Below, in pieces: positions 42,468 to 56,223 of a DNA stretch of 64,000 bases. The notes under the pieces are model-generated. The model was not told the DNA's origin, made no database searches, and saw only the letters and a list, made by a program, of their open reading frames with translations. Within the stretch, counting starts at the first letter, position 1, and each line of letters begins with the position of its first letter. Source of the DNA: Eledone cirrhosa (lineage: Eukaryota); NCBI GenBank assembly GCA_964016885.1, contig OZ024740.1:164982001-165046000 (forward strand). Direction: 5' to 3'. The position numbers were made by a program, and so were the translations under genes.

Positions 42468-44688
42468 CTAAAAACATTATTGTACCGAGGTCATCGATGA
42501 GAAAATTAACATAACAGTCTTGTGATTTAATAACGTTGATAAAAACTGACAAATTTCTTATGACCTGAATAATATTTTGATAAATTAACTTAATTCAATA
42601 AGTACAGTCAGTTCCTTAATTACTTCTCAGTAGAATCCTTGAATCGAAATACAGAAAAAAACATAAATATAATGCTAACTTTCTCGTGTTTGTAAATAGA
42701 CATGAACGTAAATAAAAGTGATTCATATCATTACATATTTTTCTTATTAAAGATACAAGGTATTTGTGTACTAGTTACTGCAATGCATGAACAGTTATCT
42801 ATTGGTCGTTACATGCTAACTTGGAATAATTTAGCGAGCAGTTAATACAAAACAAATAGGTATTGGATTAAATTCCTTGCAATATTTAGTTTAGTCTCTT
42901 AATGTTTTGAGTTCGAATTCCACCAAGATTGAATTTGTCTGTTATCTGTCCGAGACTGATAAACTAAAACACCGACCAAGTATGGAATCCATTATTTACT
43001 TTCCCCAAATTTGAGGCCTTGTTCCTATGCAAGAAATCAGAATACAAACTAAAATTAATAATGCAAGCAAGATTTAGGAAAATAAGTAATATTCAGCACC
43101 ATTTGACTGAGTAATGGTTTTTGTCTTACGTTATAAATGTTGTGATACATTTCTAGTAGTGTTTTTTCCATATGCATCTCATTTCTTTTTTGAAGTTGGA
43201 TGGCCTACAGGTTAGAACATTAGATTCATGATCACAAGGTCGTGAGTTCGATTCCTGAGTAGTCGATTCCTGTATTCTGGAGCAAATTATTCTATTTCAC
43301 TTTGCTCAGGACCGACAAATAATATCAGCCATGGGAAGACACATGAACACATTGTTTCCTTGGTCAATCTGCTGATCAGCCTCTTTCGCTTTTCTATATA
43401 TCGTTTTCTCCCTTCCGAGGTCGATAAGATATAGTACTAATCAGACACTTGGGTCGAAATATTCAGACCCTCGCCCTGACATTGTTGGGATTTTAGCTTA
43501 AATTAATAAATCAAGGGCCAGGTTGGCGGATTGGAGAGTCGTTAGAGCGTCGAAAAATGCTTCAGCTTATTTTTTTACGGTCATTTACGTTCTCAGTTCA
43601 AATCCCGTCGATGTATACTTTGCCTTTCTGGGTCAATAAAATAAAGTACAAATAACGTACTGCGATTGATTTATCAACTTTTCCCTCCCCCCAAAATGAT
43701 TAGCCTTGTGCCTAAATGAAAAGCCATTATTAAATCAAGGGAAAATTAACACTTCTAAATCAATGGGAAATAAACACTTCGAAAGCCGAGTGTTGCAAAC
43801 ATATTGACTATAAGATCTCTATGTTTCACGCACTCATATGTTTTAAGCGCGCGGGTAACAAGATTATACTAATTTTAAATGGTTGGATGACAACGACAGC
43901 TTCGTATATGTTGTTGCATAAAAGCTAGGCTATGTAATAGCGCTACCACAAATTCTATAAACAAACTTAATAAACTGAAGTTTGTTTTGGAAAATTTCTC
44001 GAAGGCTAAAATTGAATAATATGAATTATCTGCCACTCTCTCAATAAATGCACTAAAGTTAAAAACTAAATAAATAAACATTATACTTTTGAAATAGTTT
44101 TTCAACAAAATGCTAGCAATTAAAGTAAAATCTTTGTTTGTTTCTCAGTGAGAACATGAGGAAAAGTGTATGACTAAATATACACTCATGTTGCATGTGT
44201 TCGTATGTGTATGAGTGTGTGTGGGAATGCGTGTGTGTGTGTATGAGCGTGTGTGTGTGTGGGTGTGTATGTGTGTGTATGTGTGGGTGTGTGGGTGTGT
44301 GGGTGTGTGTGTGTTTCTGCGTCTACATTTGCATGTCCTCTGAATTAAATAGTGGATTATTTATTAGGGTAGGTCGAAAAATTATATAAATAGACAGAGA
44401 TATCGATAAAATAGAAACATAGATAGCTAGTTACATAGATCGTAGATTTAATGGTAGCTAAAAATATATTTGTTTACAGTTATATGTTTGCAGATTGTCC
44501 TATATAATCATTAGAATCATAAGTAAACTGAATAAATGCATATTTTATTTTATTTATGGTATCACTAAGAGGGTGATAAATTAAACATAACACAAACAAA
44601 AGCAAAAACAATCTACCATATCAGCGATTTACTATCACAGGTTCACTGCTTTTCATCTCTCAGTTTTACTCCTAGTTAAATGTAAAAA

Positions 44689-45281
44689 CTGTTTCTACTT
44701 TTGGCACAAGGCCAGCAATTATCCCAAAGCATTATTAGTGCTTTATTTTATCGACTCTGTAAGGATTAAAGGCAAAATTAACCTCGGTGGGATTTGAACT
44801 CAGAACGGAAAAGGTCATAGCTCTATGCTGCAAAACGCTCTACCGATACTACCAATCCATCGCCACAAAGCGGTAAATATAATCTAATAATGTAGTTGTT
44901 TCTACTTTGGGCACAAGGTCAGTAATTACTCCAGTGCATTACTGGTGCTTTATTTTATCGACTCCATAGGGATGAAAGGCAAAGGTGACCTCGGCGGAGT
45001 TTGAACTGATACCGTAAAGGGCCGTAACTCTATGCTGCAATGCATAGCGTCCGACCCTCTGCCGATACTGCCAATCCACCGCCCTAATGTAATAATATAA
45101 TTGTTTCTACTTTTGGCACAAGGCCAGCAAATACCCAGTGCATTACTGGTACTTTATTTTATCGACCCCGTAAGGATGAAAGGCAAAGTCAACCTCGGCG
45201 GGATTTGAACTCGTAAAGGGACGTAACTATGCTGGAAAGCATGGCGTCCGACCCTCTACCGATACTGCCAATCCACCGCCC
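44689..45281 (-). mobile_element. Three head-to-tail tRNA/Meta-domain SINEs (44689-44863, 44896-45083, 45099-45281)
   Basis: Minus strand: ggcggtggattggcagtatcggtagag (A box), gagttcaaatcccgcc (B box), gaggttgactttgcctttcatccttacggggtcgataaaataaagtacc (Meta-like domain), tail tagaaacaatt. Confidence 0.9.
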
Positions 45282-46527
45282 TTCTAATTATTACTAATGT
45301 AATACTGTAATATTACTTGTTTAGATTATTAGAAGTACTGAATAGATTATTAGAAGTACTAAAACGTCAGATCTTAGAACGTCTTGTGGTACATAAAGCT
45401 TTTCTTTTTGTCCTGAGTTCAAATCTCACTGAGGTTAATTCTGCTATTCCTCGTTCTGAGTTTCTATAAAATATAGTACCAATCAAATACTGTGATCGAT
45501 TTAAGCGACTACGTCTAGCATTAATTTCTCTCATTGGATTGGCAATATTGTTTGAGCGTCGGATATATCATCTTTCCGTGGTCGATAAGATAAAGTACTA
45601 GTCAATTTAATCGAATTTCACCTCTCACGAAATTGATGGAGTTGTGCCTAAAACAATCCTTATTAGTAGGTTTGGATATATTTGCACCAGATTCTCGGCA
45701 GTAGCACTTTTTATTCCTTTCGTGCTTGTGTATCAGTAATTTTTCTTCATGTGTGTGTAAAGGAAGATTTTATTAAAGATGTTACAAATCTGGGATCGCA
45801 GCATGTTTCAATCAACAACTACCAGTGGTATATTAGAGTGGATGTATTTGATTATACCACTCAGTTCCTGCTTTCGTCAAACGCTTAGTATATCTATACA
45901 GAGGATTGACATAATTATGATATTATTTTACTGATGTAGACTTAGACTTACAATCTACAAATCTTCTGATAAACAAAAGAAATAGAATTTTTTCAGAATT
46001 AGTTTTATTCTTTTTAGTAGCGACAGTACATATCTGATTTAAGAATTTGTTCCAATTTAGCCAAAGTCAAGATTATTTTTCGTTCCAAGCGGCCAACTAA
46101 ATTCGATAATTATCTAGAAAAATAAACTTATTAATTTCGATTCAATCAATATGGGTATATTTGCACTCTCTAATGCTTTGTCCGATCATTGCGTGTAGAG
46201 AAATTAAAGTAATACTTTGTATTACTGTAGACAAAATGTCCCTACAGACACACACACACATATATACATGTATATATATATGTGTGTGTGTGTGCGTGCG
46301 TGCGTGCGTAAGGTTGGTACCAATAAAATCATAATGGATAAAATCAACAATAATATTGATGTTAGTTCTTTGCATATATATTTTACCTAACGAAGTAACA
46401 TAACAGAAAATAAATATAGCCATGAATATTAAATAAATAAATAAGTAAATCACTCCCTCTCTCTCTAAAAAAAAAAAAATATATATATATGAAGTGTTTC
46501 CATATATATATATAAATATATCTATAT

Positions 46528-47070
46528 ATAGTAATAATAATAAATTTGAAGACTAAAATCCAAAGAGGTCTCGATAAGGATAAATATATATCAAATATAT
46601 AAGAACCGTAGAGCAAATATTTATTAAAATGACAGATTAAAGTTTAAGCAAATAATCGCTGCTTTCACCTTTAACGGGATCTCCTGAGACTAAAAGAATC
46701 AATCTGTCAACGCAGAAGTAAATATTTCGAAAAACGTTGCAACCGAAGTAAGACATGAAGACGATACTTTGGTTCGTGAAGACGCTCCCTGGCAGAGAAC
46801 GAAAAAATAGGAAGATAATAGTCATTATTTAGACCGTTGAGAACAGGCAAAGACAAAACCACGACGTATTTTCTTCGTTTTTTTTTCTGTCCTTTGCCAG
46901 GAAACGTCTCCACGAACCAAAGTATCGTCTTCCTGTCTTCCTTCGGTTGCAACGTTTTTCGAAATATTTACTTCTGCGTTGACAGATTGATTTTTTTTGG
47001 TTTCAGAAGGTCCCGTTAAGGGTGAAAGCAGCGATTCTTTGCTTAAACTTTAATCTGTTATTTTAATAAA
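46528..47070 (-). mobile_element. Family A element with a ~245-bp inverted arm
   Basis: 46615-46807 is inverted relative to ~46880-47070; both arms carry the CAG-core HHR fold. Confidence 0.8.
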
Positions 47071-47574
47071 TAAATATATATAGACTAAAATTCTATTTAG
47101 GAAACCAAATGATTCTCGCTTCAGAGTTAAGAATATATACAAAAACACACACACATATAGAACAAACAACCAAGCAGTAACATGTAAATAAACACATAAA
47201 TAAACAAATATAAACACACACACAGACACCCGGATGTAACACATGCTCAAACTAAGCAAGCAACACACACCTAAAGATGGTGTAGGACAGAACAAAGGAG
47301 AGGCACAAAAACAAAGAAAAGAATCCCTAGTCACTGAAGAGGTCACATAATGTGTGACAAAAGAACTTTGACAATATATGAACAATATATGAACAACCAA
47401 CCAACAGGAAGTTTATAAATTCTTAAATTTATAAATTTAATTTATAATAAATTGGAGTGGAACGCTCCTGGTGCGTGTGTTTCTTATTGGCAACATGACC
47501 CTCCCAAAGTAGAAAAATACCGGTTTCAACACACGTTTTCAGATAAAGAATCTTGCTAAACAAATTCAGAAACG

Positions 47575-47620
<46 letters not shown>

Positions 47621-47997
47621 ATCTGTATTTGTGCGTGTGTGTGTGCGTGTCTGTGTGTGCGTGTATATGCATATAACAGTGAATAGATTTCTGTAATGTC
47701 ATCCAAAGTAGTGTGTATTTAAACAATAGTTAATCCAATTTGACTATGAGGCAGAAAATAGTGATGACTGATTCTATTGAGACTGATGGAAAATGTTTGG
47801 TCGCCACCATGAACGGCTGAACATGGTATTGACCTAGTGTATTGATGTGAGCCGCAATTGAACAGACTAAATGCTGGATAAAGCCGGACGGATCGGTTCG
47901 CTTTGTTATCGTGAATTCTGATCGATATTAGTCATCACTTTCAATAATGAATGTGTCGATGTGTGAATATAAATATATGGGGAGATTTATTAACACG

Positions 47998-48116
<119 letters not shown>

Positions 48117-48169
48117 GCACGTGTTGTGTGTTTGTGGGCGTATGTATGTATCCATATATATATACATAC

Positions 48170-48202
<33 letters not shown>

Positions 48203-48215
48203 CATATATATATAC

Positions 48216-48268
<53 letters not shown>

Positions 48269-48672
48269 TGTTGATTTAAAACTGCACTATCCACAAGTGT
48301 TTTTAACCTTCATATCATGTCCTTCTATTTTATCTGATGAAAACACAAATGTCATTGCATGATGATATTTGTTTTTGAAATGGGCATAATAAAATACATG
48401 GAACTCATTTAACCATCTTTTGATCTTATATATTATATATATATATATATACATTTATACATATATATATATATATATACATATATTCTTATATACATAT
48501 GTATATATACACATATATATATATATATGTACATATAGATGTATACATATATATACATATATATACATATATATATATATATACATATATATACATATAT
48601 ATATATATACATATATACATATATATACATATATATATACATATTTATCATCACTGACCATATTTATACAAA

Positions 48673-48704
<32 letters not shown>

Positions 48705-49288
48705 AATTATTTGTGACTAATCCCGGTTTTTTTTATAAAAAACTGCGATAATATTGCATTTTGCTGAACTCCTACTGTAGAGTTTTTTTCGGAATGTTTT
48801 TGACTGTTGTTTCTTGTAAACAAACTTTCGTTTCATTCTGACGTCAATAGCCATTTTTTCTTCATGTGCGTTTTTCGTGATCACGCATGTTGTTGGACTG
48901 GCCAGCTTTAGAATTCCCTTTTTGGCATATTAATCTGCGAGAATCCTGGTTATCGAGTTGAGCTCTGCTGATGATGAACTCCAACCGTGACCATCTCCGC
49001 TGAAAGTTTTCATGAAATAGTCTTACGACTATACAGAGCATTTGAAGTTTTTCCAAATTGAAGGATAGGTATCTTGAACTTTATTTTATCATGAGTTAAG
49101 GCTCTATTGATTTTTCCCTGGATTTCACTAAATTCTGTGGATGAATTTATATCCTGATTCTCTTTAAGATGAGTTTAAATTATTTTTCCCACATCTTACG
49201 TTAACTATTTTTCCCATTTTGACGCTATAGTCACTTATATACTAAGGAATGCTGTTCGCTTTTCGCTGCAGTGTTTCCTATACCTTTC

Positions 49289-49377
<89 letters not shown>

Positions 49378-49399
49378 TTTGTATAAATATGTTCACTGA

Positions 49400-49445
<46 letters not shown>

Positions 49446-49519
49446 ATATATATATGTGTTCACTGATGATATATATGTATATATATATATATTGTTATAC
49501 TTGGGGAGGGTCATATTTG

Positions 49520-50957
49520 TGTAATATTCCCAGAATTAATAACAGAACACACTCACTGTTTGGTTGGTTTTCGCTTCTCGCTTCTGTGTCTTTTATATCG
49601 GTAATCTAACTTACTCGGTCCTCAATGTTGCCATTGACTGATCGACGGTCAAAAATAATACAGATACAATATAGGCACAAACACATATATATAGTTTATC
49701 ATAAATCTTTCGTTGCACATCTGCAACATCGTCAGTGGTGTTATCGTTTCCTCCTGTTGTATTATATGTCTACGCCATTTTTATTCAGTCTGTCTATATA
49801 TTTATTTATTTATTTGCTTGTTTGTTTATTTTATTGTGTCTTCTTTGCGCATGCGTTTGCGTGTGTGTATAGTGTTTTGTTTGCTGTGTGATGGGTGACT
49901 AGTGTGTGTTTATGTGCTTGTTGTTATTGTGTTTGTGTATGTATTTATTTATTTATTTATTTATTTATTTATTTTATTTTATTTACTTATTTATACTTCT
50001 CTTAGGTCAGTGTTGCTTTTTGGGTGTTGTTGTTATTCCATTCATTCTTTCTGTTTAGTCTTGGCCTTCTAATTTCTATTTCACTGGCCTCTCTGCTGGG
50101 TCATTTCTATGTTTAGATATTATTCTAATTTCTATGTTGTCTATGTTACCGTCATGTTGTTGTCTAGCATGTTCGTATAGTACTGACCCGTTTTTTCGTC
50201 CTTTTAGTTCCCCCCAGTGTTGGTCTATCCTTTCACCTATGCTACGAGCTGTCTCACCTATGTATGTTGTTGTCATGTTTCTGCAAGTACCCTCTGAACA
50301 TCTTATGCTATAGACTACGTTTCTAGTTTTACAGTTTATCCGAGGGTTTACCTTACATATGATACACTTCCTATTGGTACAGTGGGTTTTCTTAAAAGGG
50401 TAGGTTTTGCTGATCAGGGATTTTATGGTGGTTCCTGGCTTTTCTACCACCTTAATTTTTAAGTGGGTCTTTCTCAGGGCCTTTCTACACTGGTTAGTTA
50501 ATTTCCCTCCGGGGGTAACGTCCACAAACATGACACTCTGGTATCTCTGGTTGTCGTACCATGAGGTGGCTTTCCCTATCTTATGTCTAGCCCTATCTAA
50601 GCTATTCCATGATTTGCTCCTGTATAATGGGCAAATTCCTTTCATGTCCAGTTCTATGAGGGTCTTATACTTCTCCATGGCTCCTTATACTCTAACTCTG
50701 TCTCTTTGGTTGTAGCCAGAGAACTGCATGCGGTTGATGAAGTGTTGGATGTGTCTTTCCATTTCTGTTGGGTCGCACATGCGGGACACATTCTTCATCA
50801 CTCGTACCAAATCTGCGATCAGAATATTAAACTTAGGACTACTGGACATTGCTGAGATTTTGAGTATCAGATATTTGGAGGCCATGGGTTTAGCATAGTG
50901 TGAGTGGAGAATTTGGGCTCTCTCGTCTATAGTGTTAATCCAGAGTTCTGTGTCTAA
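49520..50957 (-). mobile_element. PLE of another clade: RT thumb, Cys-rich linker and GIY-YIG; 5'-truncated
   Basis: HYAKPMASKY..., FSGY, CTNRKCIICK...CKTRNVVYSIRC...YIGETARSIGERIDQH (ORFs 50685-51020 and 50076-50678); the 3' boundary is approximate. Confidence 0.85.
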
Positions 50958-51025
50958 TGACCCTCCCCAAGTATAACAATATTTGTTTCGACACACGATT
51001 TCATATAAAAAACCTCGCAAAACTA

Positions 51026-51057
<32 letters not shown>

Positions 51058-52382
51058 ATCTGAGAGTGTTTGTGTATATATGAGCAGATGTGCCCGAACG
51101 TCGATATGTGTCTTTGTATGCGTGTACGTGTGTGTCTGTGCGTGTGCGCGCGTGTGAGACCGGATGTAAGGGGCTGTATAGGCAGGCGCCAATAGACATG
51201 TGGTGGTCTGTATGTGGGTGTGGGTGTGCTTGTGTATGTGTAAGAGAGGGAGAGTGTGTGTGTGTGTATATGTGCATGGGGCTATGTGAGTTTACACATG
51301 TGTGCGTACATATATATATGCATGCATATGTGTGTACCTGCGTGTGTGTATGTGTGTGTGTGTATTTGTGTGTGTGTGTATTTGTGGGTACATACTCGGG
51401 AGTGTGAACAGACGTGTGAGTTACCAAACCCAGCATGGCTCCATTGAAGTGTGTCGGACGGAAAATGGCTGATGACCAGTGTAGCAGTAAATAGTGACCA
51501 GAATTGTTGATGACAGGGAAACAACAGCCAATGGCATGACAAGAGTGGAAGATATTTTTTGAAGGTGTTTTTTTATTATAACACCCCAGTGAGAAAATTT
51601 GCTCCGAAAGAAGCATGTGTCCGGGGGAACCTGCAGCCGTAGAATCAGCCAGATCCATACAGTGATCATGTCTCGAGCTACCTGCCGGCGTAACAATTGT
51701 AACACGCAATAAACTGAGTCCAGATGCATCACTGAGTTTTTTTATACTATATATATACATATATATATATGGTGTGTGTGCGCACGCGCACATTTAGGTG
51801 TGTGCGTTTGGTGTGCCTGTCCCGAGTGTAAACACGTGAACGTGTGTGAAGTTGTAGCTTTAAATACCTATATATACGTGTAAAAAAGATGAATGTGTGT
51901 GGTCATGTTTATACCAACATGAATCAGAGATTGACAACTCCTATATATTGATATAATCTCTATGAGTATATATGGGAATTCAACCATGCTTGCGCGTAAG
52001 TCACTGCGTATGCGTGCGCTTGTGTGGCTGTGTATTTTTACGTGCGTAATTTTTATGTGTGTATTTTTACGTGTGTATGAATCGTAATGTATGTTTGTCT
52101 GCCAGATTTTATATGTAAATCTGTATCAGACTGTGCATAAAAAAGAGGAGCTGTCAAACGAATCATTCAACACTGACCATATTTTTGTGTACGATAGAGA
52201 ATGAATGACATAAACAGTGCGAGAGCAGAAGAGACAACAGGAAAGGCGAGAAAGAAAAGCTGTTAAATAATGAAATATGATGGTTTAGCCCGTCGCTACT
52301 CACAGTTTCTTTCATTGTCTAAAGAAGAATCACGCACAGGAGGACATTCTCAGAAGCAACAGACTATCAGTAGTTTTGACCA

Positions 52383-52892
52383 AATATTAGACACACGATT
52401 TACTGTGTTTCTTACTACATATATTATAATGCTCAGTATTTATACTTTGAGCTTGTTAATTGCAGGGTTTCAGTATGAGTTGTTAACTCTAACTTTCATT
52501 TATATTTCGGCTACCTCAAGAGGTGAGCTTATTAAGTTGCGTGTGTTGGACTGTTATTTCTAACCAATACACTCACACCACTTTTGACTTAAGGCACACG
52601 AGGTGATGAATTCATTTTTCTGTGTGAACGTTAGTACTAGGTGTTTGTCGCATTTAATCAGATTCTCTCGCTGATGAGGCCCGGCGATTATGTTACAACA
52701 CACTCAGGGCGAAACAGATTAATCCCTAATCTGTCCGAGAGATATAATTGTTATTGAGGCGGTTTGTATAATATAATTTTATTTTATTTTATTATTCTGT
52801 CTGCTTCATGGTTAAATATTTCAAACAAATGTGGTTCTTCAACCGTCGTAATATTAGACACACGATTTACTGTGTTTCTTACTACATATATA
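52383..52892 (+). mobile_element. 467-bp non-coding unit with a ~42-bp terminal direct repeat and a canonical HHR
   Basis: aatattagacacacgatttactgtgtttcttactacatatat occurs at 52383 and 52850. Confidence 0.75.
52664..52742 (+). ncRNA. Canonical full type I HHR
   Basis: tctctcg CTGATGA g gccc...gggc GAAA cagatta atccc taatctg TC cgagaga; 7-bp stem I, 7-bp stem III, GUC cleavage triplet. Confidence 0.9.
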
Positions 52893-52896
52893 TATA

Positions 52897-54003
52897 GAGA
52901 AAAAATGTACGAAATGGAAATGCGGGTATATAGAATTTATTAGGTAACACTTGTTTCTATAGTGTATGAGTTACCTATACTTCGCTATTTGAATAATACA
53001 CAAATATTATCATAAACCGAAAGTACACTGTAAGCTAACACACCATGTCATCAGACCTTTGTATTAGAATGATATGAAAATATTTTATACACTAGATAAA
53101 AGATAAAGAAGGAGGTAGGAAGAGAAGGGGAAGAGGGAAGTGAGTAAGGTGGAGGGAGTCTTAGGGTTTAAGACTGTCAGACTAGTAGAGATTGTGAAGA
53201 GAGAATACTGCATTTTAACGTCGGTAAACAAACTTTTGAACAGCAAAATTGAACGTTCTCTATACTGTAACCATCGTTTGAAAACGACTTTTTCTTTCTT
53301 TAAATGCATATAATGTTACCTTTTTCCACCAACGTTTGCAAATTTCTGTCTTATATGTTTATACACTAGATATGGCTTTCTATAATAATAGTACTAAACA
53401 CTGTTTTTCTGGACCCCTTTAGAAATAACCTGCTACTATAATAGCCCTAATAACTTGTCTGTGACACTGTACCACTTTGACCCCTCTAACTAAATTTTGT
53501 CCGAACAACACCACTAGAAGAATCTACTTCCCAGCCAACCTTAGCACGCCTCATTAAGCTAACTGCTGCCAAAACATTCTCTCTTCACAATCTCTACTAG
53601 TCTGACAGTCTTAAACCCTAAGACTCCCTCCACCTTACTCACTTCCCTCTTCCCCTTCTCTTCCTACCTCCTTCTTTATCTTTTATCTAGTGTATAAAAT
53701 ATTTTCATATCATTCTAATACAAAGGTCTGATGACATGGTGTGTTGGCTTACAGTGTACTTTCGGTTTATGATAATATTTGTGTATTATTCAAATAGCGA
53801 AGTATAGGTAACTCATACACTATAGAAACAATTGTTACCTAATAAATTCTATATACCCGCATTTCCATTTCGTAAATTTTTTCTCCATATTTTCTCCGGA
53901 TTTTAAAACACACTTTATTATACGTTGAGCAATCTCTGACGTCAGTTGACTCCATCCAATGCAACTACTTAGTAACATTGGAATACAAATTAACTAATTT
54001 TAC
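52897..54003 (+). mobile_element. PLE pLTR-like element with ~310-bp inverted arms (52897-53205 / 53579-53885) and an HHR at 53724-53840
   Basis: aggt CTGATGA (90-nt stem II) GAAA caattg TT acct. Confidence 0.8.
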
Positions 54004-54020
54004 ATATATATATATATATA

Positions 54021-54111
54021 GGAACGTTCCTATTACCCACTCTACTACCCTAAGTATTGAGTACTTTGGTGCATTATGGTCCACCTGGTTCCTTACCACA
54101 TTTCCTTCGTT
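54021..54111 (+). mobile_element. Family C tail with a minimal inverted arm
   Basis: (TA)n ggaac gttcctattacccactctactaccc...ccttcgtt (TA)n. Confidence 0.8.
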
Positions 54112-54122
54112 ATATATATATA

Positions 54123-54532
54123 TAAATGTAATGTGTGAGTTTTTCGAATATTAATAATAACATTCGATTAGTTTGCAATTTTGCAAACAAGCCGCAACTT
54201 TATAGCCATGTCAGTAGATTGAATACTTCATTCTTGCTCTTATGTTGGCATGCGAACAGCTAGTCTGTTAATATGCAAATCAGGCCGATCAGTCACTGTG
54301 TATTTTTGAAAATAGCATATATTTTCAGTAGCTCTGACAGTTTGGCAGTTGAACTGTGAGCTGTGCTGATGAAGTGTGATACCTACAAACATTATTGTCT
54401 GTTCGCATGCCAACATAAGATCAAGAATGAAGTGTTCATTCTACTGACATGGCTATAAAATTGAGGCTTGTTTGCATAATTGCAAACGAATCAAATGTTA
54501 TTATTAATATTCGAAAAACTGATTACATTTAT
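54123..54532. repeat. Foldback element with ~135-bp inverted arms; related palindromic copy at 57002-57277
   Basis: taaatgtaat.tgagtttttcgaatattaataat...ttgcaatt...atagccatgtcagtaga and its reverse complement. Confidence 0.8.
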
Positions 54533-54623
54533 TGTATTCAGCCATGTAGAGCGAAATTTTTTTTATATATATATATATATTTATTAAAATAACAGATTAA
54601 AGTTTAAGCAAAGAATCGCTGCT

Positions 54624-54784
<161 letters not shown>

Positions 54785-55459
54785 TACATATATATATATC
54801 CTCTATTATTTCTCAATAGTAACTCTGGGAAAAAAAAAACGTTATTCTGACTTCAGCTATCTCAAAAATATATTCAAGTGTTAGGATCAAATCTACGATA
54901 TCTAAATCTCAAAATAAGAAGAATTAAATAAAAAATACGAGAAAAGTAGAGAAATACATTTCATATTAGTGGTAGTAGTTTATTATTTAGTATAAACACA
55001 GCTAACTCCTAGAAAGATCACATTTTTAGTTAATGAGAGATGGGATATTACAAACTGCAACACAAATTTACGTTCTGAGTTCAAATCCCGCCGAGGTTAG
55101 CTTTGCCTTTATCCTTACTGGGTCGAAAAATAAAGCACCAGTAATGAACTGGGGTTGATTTAATTGACATTCACCCCCCCCCCCCCCCCTACAAGTTACA
55201 ACACATTGGTTATAGCAAATATTACTTTGTTTGCACATAGTCGAAAGATCACTCGTCCAAACTTGTGCATATTTTTTACTGTCCTATGAGCACTAGAACT
55301 AGATACTTTGACCATAAAATCACCGAAACCTCGAGGATATCCTGCGGACGATCGATAAGACGAGACTGTCCTGTGTTTTGTCCGTTTTCCCGTTGAATTT
55401 ACAAAAAATCTTTTTTGTTCGTTTTCACGATCTTATGGACGCGAGGTACTTTTACAAAT

Positions 55460-55544
<85 letters not shown>

Positions 55545-55546
<2 letters not shown>

Positions 55547-55701
55547 AACGAGTAGGACCCCGACAGCTGAGCTCAAGCCGTTTCGACGACTTGAGCTCAG
55601 GCGTCGGGGTCCTACTCGTTTCTATTACCCACTCTACTACCCTAAGTATTGAGTACTTTGGTGCGTTATGGTCCACCTAGTTCCTTACCACATTTCCTCC
55701 G

Positions 55702-55703
<2 letters not shown>
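55545..55703 (+). mobile_element. Family C hairpin terminal fragment
   Basis: ggaacgagtaggaccccgac...gtcggggtcctactcgtt plus tail. Confidence 0.82.
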
Positions 55704-55740
<37 letters not shown>

Positions 55741-55985
55741 TAAAAAGGAAAGGAAAATGCTGACAAATTTTTCCCAGTGAAAAATATTTTAATTAGGAAT
55801 AAGTATAAATTAGTAATAAGTATTAGTTAGTATTCAGTTTTAGTTTTAAATTTTTACCGGTTGCGCATTTGTTATGCTTTTCAAAAATAATTTTGAGATA
55901 GAGTGTTCTTGATTTTTGCTCAAAAATCACGAGAACTTATTAGTGAATACACTGTGGTGAATTAATTCCGTCTTAAATACTATTA

Positions 55986-56151
55986 TAGAGGGTCGGACGC
56001 CATGCTTTCCAGCATAGTTACGTCCCTTTACGATCTGAGTTCAAATCCCGCCGAGGTTGACTTTGCCTTTCATTCTTACGGGGTCGATAAAATAAAGTAC
56101 CAGTAATGCACTGGGTAATTGCTGGCCTTGTGCCTAAAGTAGAAACAATTA
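55986..56151 (+). mobile_element. tRNA/Meta-domain SINE (older degenerate copies at ~22200-22302, 42900-43040, 43520-43720, 45410-45490, 55068-55160)
   Basis: gagttcaaatcccgccgaggttgactttgcctttcattcttacggggtcgataaaataaagtacc. Confidence 0.88.
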
Positions 56152-56153
56152 TT

Positions 56154-56223
<70 letters not shown>

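Noticed and set aside
51023-51793. 256-aa ORF
   Set aside because: About half is degenerate (CA)n; the remainder has no recognisable motif.
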